Assembly (NCBI RefSeq): GCF_009914755.1
Contig: NC_060936.1
Length of the DNA stretch: 64,000 nucleotides
Reading direction: 5' to 3' (one strand)
Source of the DNA: the human T2T-CHM13v2.0 reference genome, Homo sapiens
Shown in pieces: positions 19,034 through 34,789 of the stretch. Below the pieces are notes generated by a model that did not search any database, was not told where the DNA came from, and was given only the letters and a program-made list of their open reading frames with translations. The translations under genes were made by a program, and so were the position numbers. Every line of letters starts with the position of its first letter. Position 1 is the stretch's first letter.

Positions 19034-21284
19034 TCATATATTTTATGTGGCACCTTTAATTACATTTAATTTTTAAAGGTAAAATTTACTTCAACAAATA
19101 GTTATCAAATTCTTGAGTATGGTATGGAAAAGCAGTCACTTTATTTAGGAAAGTGAAGAACTCAGTAATTACATTAAAGTATTACCAATCATTTGTCTGT
19201 ATTATTGCTTAGTGTTCTCTTCCAGTTACTTTATTTTGGTACAAGCTTGGGGATTCAGTTGTGCTTTTCATCAGCAGCCTCTTGTTTCTCTTTCTGCCCC
19301 AGGGCACTGGTGTGATGCAGTTAGGAGTCAGGAGCTCAGTTTGCCTCTTTCTCATCTAAATTCTCCTATTAATGTTTATCCAGAATAGCCATAATATATC
19401 TTCTGGGAAGCACTCCTGAATACCTCCTCCTTCTCTCTACTTCCCCACTCAAACTTGTCTATACTTTCAGTAGTTCATTGTATCATTATCACTTGTGAGC
19501 TCTTAAAGAGAAAGATTTTATTCATTTTTGTATTGCCGGTGAACAGCATAAATATCCTGATGTCATTTTAGTTAAAACTTCTGGAGTTTCTAGGCTTTAG
19601 AAGCAAGAATTTGAATTAAACCACTGTGTTGCTGAGCAGATATTAGAAGCTAACCTAATGGTGGCTCTAGAAGTGAGTATATAGTAATGGAGTAATCAGA
19701 GCACTACTGTTTGGGGTATTTTGCCATGGCTTCAAAATGTTGACCTTGGCAAGTCTCTGAAATACAAGTCTTATTTTTTCCTAAATACAATTCAGCCAGT
19801 GAATTACATCATCTTTAAAATTTAACATTTTTGTCATGTAGAAGGAATGAGAAAAGGAGGTCAAAGGTGACTTTCCTAATATCATTTGAAGCATTTTTTT
19901 TGTTCTTATAATTGGCACTAAGACAGTCCCAGATTTTATTAACCATTTGAATCTTTTCCAAAACTCTTTTCTATTAGAGATTAATTCCCAGGAAAAGCAT
20001 ATAATGTTAATTACGTTTTCATTTTGGCTACATTTCATCCAGTTCACAGCTGAAAAAGAAAGTCCACATATATGTGAAAGAATTCCTAGGGTCTACTCAG
20101 ACTTCTGATTACAGAAGTATGGCAGACTAGGCCCCCAGATTGATTCTTCCATTGAAAATAATTAATAATGTTGGATAGCATATTTCAAAAATTCTTCTTA
20201 AATGCGTTGGTAAGTAGGCAAATGTAATGAAAATATAGGTCAAAAATAGGTGAAGGAGGAAAGCCAGCGAGGCAAGTGAAGAAGGGAAGCCAGCTTTTAG
20301 CCCAGGAACTGGCCAGCATGGGGAGATAAATAGGAAACACATACCCATTCTACAGGGCTAAGCCCTCAGTGTAAAAATAAACTAAGAATAAGGGCTTTAC
20401 TTTGACAAAAGGGTTTCTCTAAAAACCTAGTTAATGGTAAAACGTTTTAGTGTTCTGCTTAAGAATAAGACAAGAGTTCCTGCTGTCATCAGTTCTTTTC
20501 AACATAGCATGAGATGTCCAATTCAGTGTAGTAAGACAAAAAGAAATAGGAGATATAACAGTTGAAAAAATAAAATTCTATTTGATGATAATATGACTAA
20601 TTATATAGAAAACTCCAAGAATGTAAAGGCAAATTATTACAATTGGCAGTACAGTTTAAGAGTGTTGCTGGACACAAGGCCAATAAACAAAATGCAATTG
20701 GATTTCTGTATCATTACTAAATAGAAGGATTTTTTTTTTAAAAAAACTTCAAAAATATAAAATACATAGAATAAATCTAGTAAAAACCATGCTAGCTTAT
20801 TTTCCCTTGAAAGGTTCAAACTGAATGTGAAAGTCCCTGCTTGTCCTCTTCCACCTTGCTGCTATCCCTGAGCTTTGTATCCTGATCACAGTGTTACTAG
20901 AGATGTTTGTCCTCAGGATGATATCCTGCTTGCTTACTATGCACAGCTTTCGGCTTACCATGCCAGCTCTGGTTGGTTCCTTTTTGAGGGAGAGATTGGG
21001 TGGTACTGGGAGATTTTTGTCTCTTCGGTGATATGTTCTTCAGGGTATCTAGTATGCCATTGTGTAAGTAGACACCACCTAAGTACTTTTGTATTGCAAA
21101 TAATAATAATATGAATAGTAAAATATATATCATTTGTCTTACTATTAAAAACTTTAGATTGTTGCATGTGATAGTATTCATTTATTCAACAAACATACAT
21201 CAATCATCTCTTCTGTGTGCCAAATGTAAACTGACAGTATGAAGATCAGTAAAATATGATTGCTTTCTCAAGGAGCTGATTTTT

Positions 21285-21450
21285 TCATGACTTTTTTCTC
21301 ACCCTTGCCTAATCATAAGAATCACCTGTGGTACTTTTAACACAATGCAAACATTTAGTGCTCTTCTCTGGAGATTGTAATTCCATAGGATGGGATCTGG
21401 AGTTGATGTTTTAAACAAATGCCGGATATGAGTCTGATGATTAGGAAAAT
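21285..21450. mobile_element. MER5A-like hAT MITE
   Basis: cataagaatcacctg...tttttaaacaaatgcc. Confidence 0.5.
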
Positions 21451-22618
21451 GCATTGTCATCATACACTAAGTCTCTCTGCAATTTTCTTCTAACTTTCCT
21501 CTTCTATCTGGACCAGCTACTTAAATGTGGACATTCATCTCTTTCTAGCTTGTTAGGGAACCTGGCATTTCTGTAAAACATACAACCTGGCAATAAGGCG
21601 AGAGTGAAAACTTCATTTCATAATTTCCTTTATGCCACTACAAAAGAGAAATTTAATAGCATACCCAAGGTTGAAAGTGGCAGAGCTGTGATATGTGCTC
21701 AGGCAGCCTGACTTCATGGTCTGTAGTCAGACCACACCAGTTTCTCATTTGGCACTGTGCTGCCTTTCCAGTGATACCTCTAGGGATGGGATCTCCTGGC
21801 TTTAAAAGAGAATCCTCTTCTATTGGACACACCTCATTTCTTCCTTAAAACGGACCAAAATCCTTCCTCTTATATGTTTCTCACATTTGTCCTTTAGAGC
21901 AGAAGCTGCAACCCAAACTCTTAATTTTAGGTGTGGTATAAAGAAATATCAATTTCGGGTTTTTAAAAACACTTGTCTGTTGGCCATAGTTGGTCCAGTT
22001 TCTTGTTTGCTTTAGGTCATTACTAACTTGCTTAGTTTCCTCTTCCATGTAATAAAACCTTTCACTTATTAGAATGCAATATCATGTTTTTCACGTCAGT
22101 TTCCTTCCTCCCTGTCTCTTCCCTCACACAGAACACCATATGTTCTTGGACAAACCATTTAACCTTTGTGGGACTCAAATTTTCTCATTTGTGATGTAGG
22201 GATAATAATATCAACTTACTGAATTGGTTTTAAGATTAAATGAATGTAAGAGTCTAGATATTCAATGAGAGATAACTGTTCTTGTTATTTTAGTTGTATC
22301 TAAAGGTATATATTTTAAATATATTGCATGTGTACAACCACTTCTGAACCTGTTATATTTCACATATAACTAAATTATTTCCCATCAGCTTTCAAATCAA
22401 GGAAGAAGAAACTTATTGAAATTACTTGCTTTTAGACAAACTTTTAAATTTTGTTTCTAATGGTCCTTATCTTTTTCTTAAATGCTTTAACTGTTTGATA
22501 TATAAGATCAAAGCTATATTCTTTGAAAAGTGTTAACTCTGAAAATTATATTTTCAAGTCTATAAGCATATTATAATTTGCAATACTGCTATAGAGGCAA
22601 TCTAATTTCTATTTTCAG

Positions 22619-22802
22619 CATTGCAGGGGGTCAAATACTGTCAGTGATAAAGATGCAACTGATTAAAGGCCAAAACAGCAGGGATCCTTTTTGCAAAGCA
22701 ATAGAGGAAGTTGCTCAGGATTTGGATTTGAGGATTAAAAATATTATCAATTCTCAAGAAGGTGTTGTAGCTCTTAGCACCACTGACATCAGTCCTGCTC
22801 GG
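22619..22802 (+). CDS. PARPBP: PARPBP coding exon (probably 7), (S)IAGGQILSV...TDISPAR
   Basis: attttcag acceptor, cgg|gtaatg donor; 184 nt; inside ORF 22578..22919. Confidence 0.95.
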
Positions 22803-23115
22803 GTAATGAGCTTTTTATTTTTCATTATCCTTTTATACAAATCATTATCTCTTCTATTTATTGTAGAAATGGTTTATTATTGCTACTTAAGTCAGAAGAG
22901 TGTGTTTCCTGTGTTCTAAAATGATATTGAAAATGTAAGTTTCTCAATAGGATTATGTAGGATTACATGTTCAACTTGGGTAAATTATCACATATTTGGG
23001 CCAAATTTCTGAATTTGTTAAAGTAAGGCATAGGGTAATCTCTGGTATCCCTTTTAGTACTAAAAACTTATAATTCTTGATGGATATTAAGGTGTTTTAT
23101 GCTATTTTTCCATAA

Positions 23116-23417
<302 letters not shown>

Positions 23418-25727
23418 TAAATATTCTCATAAACAATTACTTTCCCATTTACTCAGATATAAAATAAAAGCCTGTTTTTTCTGTTTCTGACTTTAATACT
23501 AAGCATTGTATTAGGACAACAACAGTCCTGTTAGAAATTGCTTCCATTCAGCAGTTTACTTTTCTTTTATAAATCTCTGTCTCTTGTTTTCTACCTCCAT
23601 TACTAAAACCTGTACCTGGCAATTTTTAAACTATATATTCCCAGAACATTTACTTATTCTTAATTTTTTTTTTACAGAGATAATTAAATAGAGTAGATTC
23701 TAACCCACAGAATTATAAGAGAAATTGACTACTGTGTTTTTAGAACAGAATTTTAGAGTAGTATAGTTCGTTTATTGCAATTTATTCAACTTTCTAATAG
23801 CCCCTTTTTATTAGGTATGATTATGGTAGCCAGTGTATGAAGAAAGACTTTTGCTTAATTTTTATTATTTATCATTCATTCGTTCATTCATTTACTCACA
23901 GCACTCTGGGACCACTTTTAGCTATTTTTCTATAACAGTGCTTGTTTTTAGATTTACTTTGAAGGTGGGGAAGATTCAGGGTTGTTGACCTGTGTATTTC
24001 ATGGGTGTTAACACTTCCTGGTGAATAGTTTGGCTCAAATGACAACCAGGTTATTACTATAAGTATCAATCAGAATCTGTCAACTTCAAATAATTAAAAA
24101 CATCAATTGCTTCCATTTCTTGGCAGAAGAAATAAAGATACCAACAATCTGGTTCTTAATTTCATGTTTTCAACCAAATCAGAGATCTTTGAAAAATATA
24201 ATCAAATGATACTCATGAAGTTACTATTAAGGAATATGGAATTCTGTGGTACTAATGAAAAATATATGTGAAGCACCAGATTGTGATAGGCAATTTGTTA
24301 TAATTCCAGTAGAGCTATATACATTATAGTTCACCTGGTAACCTGAGTCTGCCAACAGAGAAAGAAGGCCAAGATGATATTGATGAAAGCTGAAGAAACT
24401 GGCACAGCTTATAACAGATGTCCCAGAAGATGTAGCTTTGATATCTAGGTATAATGTCCAGCAACCCTCTGGGTTAGGCATTATCATTGCCTCTATTTTG
24501 TCATGGAGTTTAAGAAGAGAGTTCAAGCACCTTCTCCAGAGTTATACAGGATATACAACTAAGCAGTTGGTATCAAATCCAGCCAGAAATGCCTTCAGAG
24601 TTTGTGCTTACATGTATCTATACATAATATTTTATTATTATATATTTTATTTTATTCTATCTAGTCATGAAGTTTTTTTCAGCTTTCCCTTTTTAATCTG
24701 CTTTATCTCTATTACTACTATCTTAGTTCAGAACTCTCCATTTCTAAACTGTTCTATTATAGTCTTTAATTTGTGACCTGTCTCCAGATTTGATAACATT
24801 CGTATCTCACAATATATTTTACACATTGCCATCATTGGTTCTTTAAAATCTAAACAGGATCATTTTACTTCCTTGCTTACTGAAGCAAGAGATTTTTCCT
24901 CTGTAACAGACTGGCTTATAACTTCTTGGCATGATATACAAAGTTTCCCAGGCTCATCTCATACCACTTCCTCCCTTTTACCTTATTCTTCAGCCATGCC
25001 ATGCTACCTGGTCCCTGAAAGCACCATGCTCTCTTCTTCCTCTGGGTGCCTCCTCCTCTGTGGAATCATCTTTGATGCCAGGGTACATTGGTCACTTCTT
25101 TTGTACTCCCACTGCACTGTGCGTACACTTATTAGAAATAGCACTTAGCATTCTGTAATGCAATTGTCAGTTACTTATTTATCTTATCAAGGAAACTATG
25201 GGTTCTTTGAAGGCAATGGTTGTTACCTTTGGAACCTTAGCTTTAAATATAGTGCTTGGGACATAGTATATGCTTATCAATGATTATTGAATGAATGAAT
25301 GTCAACTAGCTTTTCATTTTTGCATTTGATCGTTACAGTCATCCATGGGGCCTGTATTCAGATAGCCAGAACCTCATCATTCTTTGGCATAAGAGAGAAA
25401 AAATAAATAGAGATGTTGAGCCATGGGGCTGATGTCACATAGCTAGATAGTGGCTAAAGTTTTCTGACTCAAAGCCTAATGTTATTTTGACCAGAACCTA
25501 ATGTCTTCTTTTGATGATATTATTTTTGTGCTTTTGGAATTGGTAAAGTTGATTATAGCATGGCTTAAGGAAAAATGGTCACATGCCTCACAGCCACTTC
25601 TTATAGCTGATGTTTTATTACTTTAACAATAGATGAAAGAGGCCAGTGCCACAGGGAATTTAAAAGTATGGCCATTCACCCAGCTGGGGTGATTATTACA
25701 TTTACCTAAAATTATTTTTTGTCTCAG

Positions 25728-25906
25728 CCAAAATCTCATGCCATAAACCATGGTACTGCATACTGTGGCAGAGATACTGTGAAAGCCTTATTAGTTCTTT
25801 TGGACGAAGAAGCAGCTAATGCTCCTACCAAAAACAAAGCAGAGCTTTTATATGATGAGGAAAACACAATCCATCATCATGGAACGTCTATTCTTACACT
25901 TTTTAG
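25728..25906 (+). CDS. PARPBP: PARPBP coding exon (probably 8), PKSHAINHG...SILTLF(R)
   Basis: ttttgtctcag acceptor, tag|gtaagt donor; 179 nt; inside ORF 25719..25910. Confidence 0.95.
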
Positions 25907-26514
25907 GTAAGTTATGTGGAAGTTATATGTGTTATAAATGTTAACTCTAGAGAATTATAAAAGAAATGTATGCTTATGGTAGGAAACTTAGAAACTACAG
26001 AAATTGTGAAGAAAGAAAATAAAAGTTAATTAAAGGGAGATTGAACATTTGAATTCAAAGAGGTTATATATAAAAGAAGTAATATTTTATGAGAGTACAG
26101 CCTGAGAGATGTCTTTGGTTTCAGTGTTGTTTTTAGTTCTTGTTGTTTTGCTTTGAAAATATTTATTTCCTTTGCTGTGGGTCAAGAATTTTGCTAAATG
26201 TTTCAGTTAAATTATTTCAGCCTTCCCAACCAACATGTTCTTAAGTGAAGAATTAGAGGCTCCACTTTATAAGTGAAGAATTAGAGACTTGAGAGATATT
26301 AAGTAATTTGCCCAAGTGAGGTATGTTAGCAATTAGCAAGGGTGTCTTTCTTAAAGCCTGAGGCCTATGCTCTCAGGACTACTATTCTGCCTAGAATAAG
26401 AGAGAGCACATACACCAAACTTACACTGGAATTGACAGCTCCTGCTTCTCCCTCAAATTATGAAGAAAAATATTTACCAAATTAATGCTGGTATTATGTG
26501 TAAGACATTGATGC

Positions 26515-26887
26515 TGTCTTCGTCTACTCAGGCTGGCATAACAAAATACTACAGACTGGGTAGCTTAAACAATAGAAACCTATTTTCTCTTTGGGCTGGA
26601 AGCTGGAGATGCAGGGTGCCAGCATGGTCAGGGCTGGTGAGGGCTTTCCCCTTGGGTTGCAGATAACTGCCTTTTTGCTGTGTGGTCACATGTCCTTTCC
26701 TTGGTAGAAGCACATGGAGAGAGATCTCTTTGTCTTCTTGTAAGGCCACCAGTCCTGTTAGATTTGGATCCCACCCATGTGACCTCATTTAATCTTAATT
26801 ACCTCCTAAAAGGCCCAAATACAGTCACATTTGGGAGTTAAGGCATATAGATATATATATATGGGTGATGCAGTTTCATCTATAGTA
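26515..26887 (-). mobile_element. MaLR solo LTR (MLT1A-like)
   Basis: cataacaaaatactacagactgggtagcttaaacaa; 5-bp TSD gatgc. Confidence 0.82.
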
Positions 26888-27556
26888 GATGCTCTCCAGT
26901 TTTAATGATTAGGTCAGTCGTTGAGTAGGTTGTTGATATTTTTAATTAATTGGACATTCACTTTGAGAAACATTAAAATTTTTAGAACAACCATTTTAAA
27001 TTGTATTTAGTACACTGTAGAGAATTTTCACAAAATTATCGTACCGCTTGATCTCTTCTATTTTCTACTGGAGCTATTTTATTGAAATCTGGCTTCATGA
27101 TTGCTTCACATACTCTCTCCTATGCCTCAGTATCCTTTCTCTTCTCTTTAAACAGAAACTTTACAGTGGTCTGTCATTCAGTGTTGTCATCTATTCCTTA
27201 AAATCTCATCTTCTTTACCAACTTCCATGACTATTCTTTTATATCTGGACATGAAATAATTCTTCCACATTCTACCTTAGAATGCCCAAATATTTTATTA
27301 ACGATAAATATTTTTATCAGTGATTTACTTATACCTGCTGCTGGGATCCCAGAAAACAGTAAAAAGAAATAAATGAACTTTTATTTTTTCTCTTTTCATC
27401 TTACTTCTGTTTAACAAGTTTGCTTTTGGGTAGAAATGTAAATAATTTCAATTTTCTCTCAGACTGAATTCATTTTCTTAAAGTTATTTTCCTTTCATGA
27501 AATTTTTATTCTAACAAATTTAATCCCAGAGTCCATTTTAAAAAGGAATCTTTCTA

Positions 27557-27850
27557 GGCCAGGCATGGTGTCTTATGCTAATAATCCCGGAGCTTTAGGA
27601 GGCCAAGACAGGAGCATTGCCAGAGACCAGCAGTTTGAGTCCAATCTGTGCAACATAGTAAGACTCTATCTCTGCAAAAATAAAAAAGAATTACCCAGTG
27701 TGGTGGTGCATGCTTGTAGTACCAGCTACTTGGGAGCCTGAGGTGGTGCATGCCTGTAGTCCCAGCTACTTGGGAGCCCAGGATTGCTTGAGGCCGCAGT
27801 GAGCTATGATTGCACCACTGCACTCTCTCCTAGGTGACAGAGCAAGAAAG
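27557..27850 (+). mobile_element. AluJ with an internal 40-bp tandem duplication
   Basis: ggtggtgcatgc(t/c)tgtagt(a/c)ccagctacttgggagcc at 27702 and 27742. Confidence 0.85.
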
Positions 27851-28470
27851 AAAAGGTTTTTCTATACTTAATCATGTCACTGAACACATTGCTATTGTTC
27901 ACAGTTTGGATTCTGCATTCGCATTTCTAATTGTCATTGTGCAGACAAACACTGGTCTGTGGTAAAGTAAATTTTCAGTGGTCTACACTGAAATGATAAA
28001 ATTAAGGACAATGAGGTATATCAATTTAAGGTTATCAACTATTCTTTCTTAGGGCAGGCAATCTTTTATTCTTGCTTAGTAGTCATTTGAGTCAAGGGGG
28101 TTCTAATTCTGGCTCTATTAAGCCAAAAGGGATTAATTTATTAAGGTATTCAAGTTGGTCTGAATCCAAAACTATAGGGTGGGTCTTCTCCTTTTTACCT
28201 TCTCTGACCCTCCTATTTCTATGTTTTTCTCTTTTGAATTCTCATACTATTTTGAATTTCAGTTATGTGGATTTCTTATATTCTTTACTTAGACTTCAGG
28301 ATGCCTGAATATAGGGTCAATAAATAAGTCAACTTTCTATTCTTCACAATATCTTGTATAGTGCCTTACAAATAGTAGAAGCTCATGAAACATTTAGTTA
28401 CTGGATTGACTAAGCAAACTATTAATATTTAGGATTCTCAGAATAGAAATAATGACACTTTTATAAAGTA

Positions 28471-28762
28471 CAGTTATGCATTGTTTAATGATGGGATACA
28501 TTCTGATAAAGGCATCGTTAGGCAATTTTGTCATGTGAACATTATAGAGTATACTTACACAAACCTAGATGGTATAGCCTATTACACACCTAGGCTACAA
28601 ACCTGTACAGTATGTTATTGTACTAAATAGTATAAAGAAATAGTAACATAAAGGTAAGTATTTATGTGATAGGAATTTTTCAGCTTCATCATAATCTTAT
28701 GGCATCACTGTCAAATATGTGGTATGTTGTTGACCAAAATGTTGTTATGCAGCACATGACCG
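28471..28762 (+). mobile_element. Tigger3a-like MITE
   Basis: TA-cagttatgc ... gcacatgaccg-TA; internally deleted relative of 17402-18617. Confidence 0.85.
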
Positions 28763-28861
28763 TATTATAAACAAGTAGATTTAGTGGTCCTTTATCCTAT
28801 AACTGTGCTTTTGGGTAGGGGCGGGGCAGATACTAGTTTAAAAGCCATTTTGGTTTATAAG

Positions 28862-29652
28862 TGTCTTCATCTCTTCAGGCTGTTAGAACAAAACACCCCA
28901 GACTAGATAATTTGTAAATAACAAAAATTTGTTTCTCATAGTTCTGGAGTCTGGAAGTCTTAAGATCAAGGCACCAGCAGATTTGGTGTCTGATGAGGGC
29001 CTCTTCCCCATAGATTAGATTTTCTTGCTGGGTTTTCACGTGGCTGGGAAGACTGAAGGGCAAAAAGTGCTCCCACAAACCCTTTCATAACGGCACTAAT
29101 CCTGTTCATGAAGGCAGAGTCCTCATGATTTAATCACCCTGAGGCCCCACCTCTTAATACCACAGATGGTCCCCAACTTATGATGGTTTGACTTGTGATT
29201 TACCTTCACATGACTTTACAATTGTGTGAAAGCTGTACACATTCAGTAGAAACTGTGCCTCGAAATTTGAATTTGGATCTTTTCCTGAGCTAGCAATATG
29301 TAGAACAATATTCTCTCATGATTCTGGGAAGCAGCAGTGAACCACAGTATTCAGATAGCCACATGATCATGGCGGTAAACAACTGATACTCTGCTGTGTT
29401 GCCTGATGATTTTGCCCAACAGATATTGGAATGTACTAATTCCAGCTAATTCCATGTTTAAGATAGGCTAGGCTAAACTATGATGTTCGGTGGATTGGGT
29501 GTATTAAATGCATTTTTGACTTAATGGTATTTTTAATTTATGATGAGTTTATCTGGGAGGTAACCCCATCATAAGTTGAGGAAAAACTAGATTGTATTGG
29601 GAATTAAGTTTCAACGTGAATTTGGAGGGAAACAAACATTCCAACCATAGCA
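28862..29652 (-). mobile_element. MaLR LTR (MLT1A0-like), interrupted by MER47B
   Basis: ctcatagttctggagtctggaagtc..aagatcaaggcaccagcagatttggtgtctg; ends acattccaaccatagca; TSD ataag/ataaa. Confidence 0.8.
29163..29589 (-). mobile_element. MER47B-like Tigger MITE
   Basis: cagatggtccccaacttatgatgg ... ccatcataagttgagga inverted ends. Confidence 0.75.
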
Positions 29653-29684
29653 ATAAATTTTTGCCTTTTTTTTTTTTGACATAG

Positions 29685-29763
29685 GTCTCCCACACAGGTG
29701 AATAATTCGATAAAACCCCTAAGAGAACGCATCTGTGTGTCAATGCAAGAGAAAAAAATTAAG
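29685..29763 (+). CDS. PARPBP: PARPBP coding exon (probably 9), (R)SPTQVNNS...QEKKIK
   Basis: poly-T + gacatag acceptor, aag|gtacaa donor; 79 nt, restores phase 0. Confidence 0.93.
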
Positions 29764-30928
29764 GTACAATTTAATGCATGCCATGAAAATAGCAAACACT
29801 GTTTTATTTTTAGAAGAAATAAATACATGAAGCTGAGCTGGGTATTGTAAATATTGTAAACATTGTACATGACACAGTAGGAATTAAATGGAAAATGAGT
29901 TATGACAGTTGACGTACAGAGACTTTCCTTTTATACAGTCTTGACTAATCTGTTTCTGGTTTGCTTAATCCACTGGACCTAAAAAAGGGAAATGAATAAG
30001 CAGTTGCTATTGTAAGTGTTGAATAAATATCCGTTGAATGAGTGATGTGGAAAATAAAAGAAGATAAGGCTTTCTCATTTACATTTCTATATCTTAAACT
30101 GAATCTCAAGATATGTGATTTTAAATTTGCTCCTGTCTGAAGATATAATGGCAGAATATAATTAATTATAGATTGAGCTGAGAGCATTTTACACTGCTCT
30201 TGACTAGAACTGTTCCTGTTCTTTGTTCATTTAGTTTGAACTAAGTTTTGCTGTCTTCATATGAAACATCTGTGCCTATAAGTAATCAATAATGTGTTTT
30301 CAAGCAATTTTTATTGGCCTTATTTTTCAAAAAGAAATTTGGCTTTAACTCATTTATCATACTTTTATTGGGTATCTACTATGATCCAGACACTGTTGTA
30401 TGGTTGGGAATTCATTAATTCATTAAATAAGATTTTTATATAAAATTTATAATCATCCTTAAACTGTCAAATATTCATCTTGATACAACAAAAAAGAGAA
30501 GACTAATTTGTATGCCCTTTATTTTTTCATTTGGAAATTTAGTTTAAATTACCAAAGCTTTTAGTTAATACCTGTTTCATCTACATACCCTATACCCATT
30601 TAGTTTATTTATTAATACCTTTTCTTTCTATTGATTATTAGTAGTTGTTAGCAATTAATGCTTGTGGAATACATCATTGAGTTTCATAAAATTTTTCTGT
30701 GAATAAAATTTGTCAATTCTTTGTCATATTAATATAAGTATTTGCAATCAAGGGATAAGATTTTTAAAATCTATCCATTGGACTTGGATAGAAACAGAAG
30801 TGTAACATATCAAAAAAATTTTTTTCTTGCTATGGATACTGACAAACTTTAATATTTTGATTTAAAAATAAGTCATATTTTGGGGAGCTCAATTTCTCTG
30901 TCTCCATTTCAAATAGAATACCAAAGTG

Positions 30929-31233
<305 letters not shown>

Positions 31234-31284
31234 TCACTGACAGTGAAGTACGTTAAATATTACCGGGAAAGGGCTTAGAGTTTT

Positions 31285-31480
31285 CTTTTATTTTATTTAC
31301 TTTTATTATTTTAAATTTTGTTGTTTGTAACTTTTGTGGGTACATAGTAGGTGTATATGTTTATGGGATACATGAGATGTTTTGATATAAGCATGCATTG
31401 CATAATAATCACATCATGGAGAATGGGGTATCCATTCTCTCAAGCATTTTATCCTTGGTGTTATAAACAATCCAATTGGA
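31285..31480 (-). mobile_element. L1MA 3' end fragment
   Basis: gtgggtacatagtaggtgtatat...aataatcacatcatggagaatggggtatcc. Confidence 0.8.
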
Positions 31481-32359
31481 TTTTCTTAAAATTAAGTAAA
31501 TCAAAATGAAAAAATCTATCTGAGAAATGAGAGTGTTTTTAAAGAAAATGTTAAGGCTCAACTAATTACTACGAAACGTATAGACAAATTTAGAAAGTTT
31601 TGGGAAATAGAACAGAGATCATCTAATGCAGTCTCATTTACAGATGTGGAAACCAAAATTCTAAGAAGGCACCTTATCCAAGATCTCATAACTACCATGA
31701 AATATTTTATAACAGTTTGCAAAACCATGGTTAAATACTAATGAGGTTATAATTACATTGCTTCCATTACTTAACAGTAGAGCTGACTTAGTCTATACAG
31801 CTCTGAATCTACTAATAAACGGCAATCAAGAAAGGAAAGCATTGCTTATGTTTTTGCGATACTCTTTTTAAAAGTGAAGTATGAAAATGATTAGTTTAAC
31901 CAGGTATACAACTGAACCATAGCCATGTAGAGTATTTGTTGGAATAACAAAAAATGCTGCCAATATTTACTACCAAAGTTCCTATGGAAAAGTAGTTTAG
32001 CAGCTGATTATCTTATTACTCTGTTACTTTTGCTCTTTTGGCATATAGTGGTTTTTAGTCACAGAAATAATATATGATCTACACAGAAAATATCTTGAAA
32101 TGAGCATTTCAAAGGTAGAAAATAATTAGATAACTTAGAATTTTGATGTACTTGCTTATGAAATATCCATGTCATTATTATATGGAGTAAATTAACTCAG
32201 ATTTTAGTTTCCTCATTCTTAAATAGAAATAGATGCTCCTGCGATCACAAAAGTTTATGAAACCCTTTGGAAATAGTTCACGAACACACTCATTTTAGGT
32301 CCTCAACTTTTATTTCCTACTGTAGTGTATCAGGAATCTTGTTTATGATGGTCTTTCAG

Positions 32360-33700
<1,341 letters not shown>

Positions 33701-34789
33701 TATTAAGCACTTTAAGTAAGTTATTATAAGTACCCTTATACCTTTTTATTAAATGATTTTTCAAGGAGATACCTCCTTAAATCCCTGTGAATTAATTGGC
33801 TTTATTCTTTCCAACTTGGTTTAGTGGTAGTTTGCACATCAGGCACAATTGAAAAGTCATATATACAGGTCTTTTCCTTATTCTGAGTCTAATGTTTATA
33901 GCATATTATATTGAATGTCTGAGTAATCATCATTTAGCCAGTCAATAACTTAAGTGTGCTAATCAGGAAAATACTGGACCTTTAACATGGAGCTGTTGGG
34001 ACAGTGAAAGTCAGGACTTGGTATAAAAAACTGGACTGGCTAGAACTCTTTATTTTCATAAACACCCAGGTAGTAGTCCAATGCCTATGGTATTAACAAA
34101 TTCTTTTATTTAACCCCATGGTATTAGAAACTTCAAATTTAACCTTTATGATATTTGAAAACTCTTGAGTACATCTAAATTAAAATAGTGGATTGAGTTT
34201 AACTAATAGAATTTTCTTCCCCTGCCTGATACTTGAAATGAGTACAAAGTAATAAAAACTAATAAAAATAATCAGCATCAACTAAGAAAGAATAATGTAA
34301 TCAGATGCAATAAGCTTAAAAGATGATGGTCAGGGAAAGAAACTGAAGATTTCAGAGTGAAGAGGCATAGAATGATTTGGCAACTTTAGTTAGTCCTAGT
34401 CCCCAGATACAGAACTAGTGAATTAGCAAAATTCTGAGGATTACCACTAATACTTCCAAAACTGAGAACTAAGGTGTGCATTCCTTTTTTTTCTTTTTTC
34501 TTGTTCATTAGAGAAATAGTAGAAGTGGCAATGGAAGAGGAATATAGACAAAATGTGGAAAATGAACCCTGGGATTTACACACTGAGAGAAATAAAGGCT
34601 CTAGTTCTATCTACTGAATTGGGGAAATTATCCAAATGCTTTCCTTCCACTTGATTGAAATACACTCCCTAATGAGATGAAGTGAACCTTCCTCTGGTAT
34701 ATACAATATGTAATAAACTCCTAGAGTGCAGAACCCAGAAATTTTCATAGACTACCTGTCTCCTCAGATGAGTTGAGCTTCTACCTCTA

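Noticed and set aside
24180-24776. Repeat-poor-looking stretch with overlapping ORFs
   Set aside because: No recognisable homology or convincing splice-site pair; probably an old repeat or ordinary intron
26242-26286. 17-bp direct repeat taagtgaagaattagag (similar small duplications near 11987 and 54708)
   Set aside because: Ordinary micro-duplications within old repeats; only two copies, no array structure
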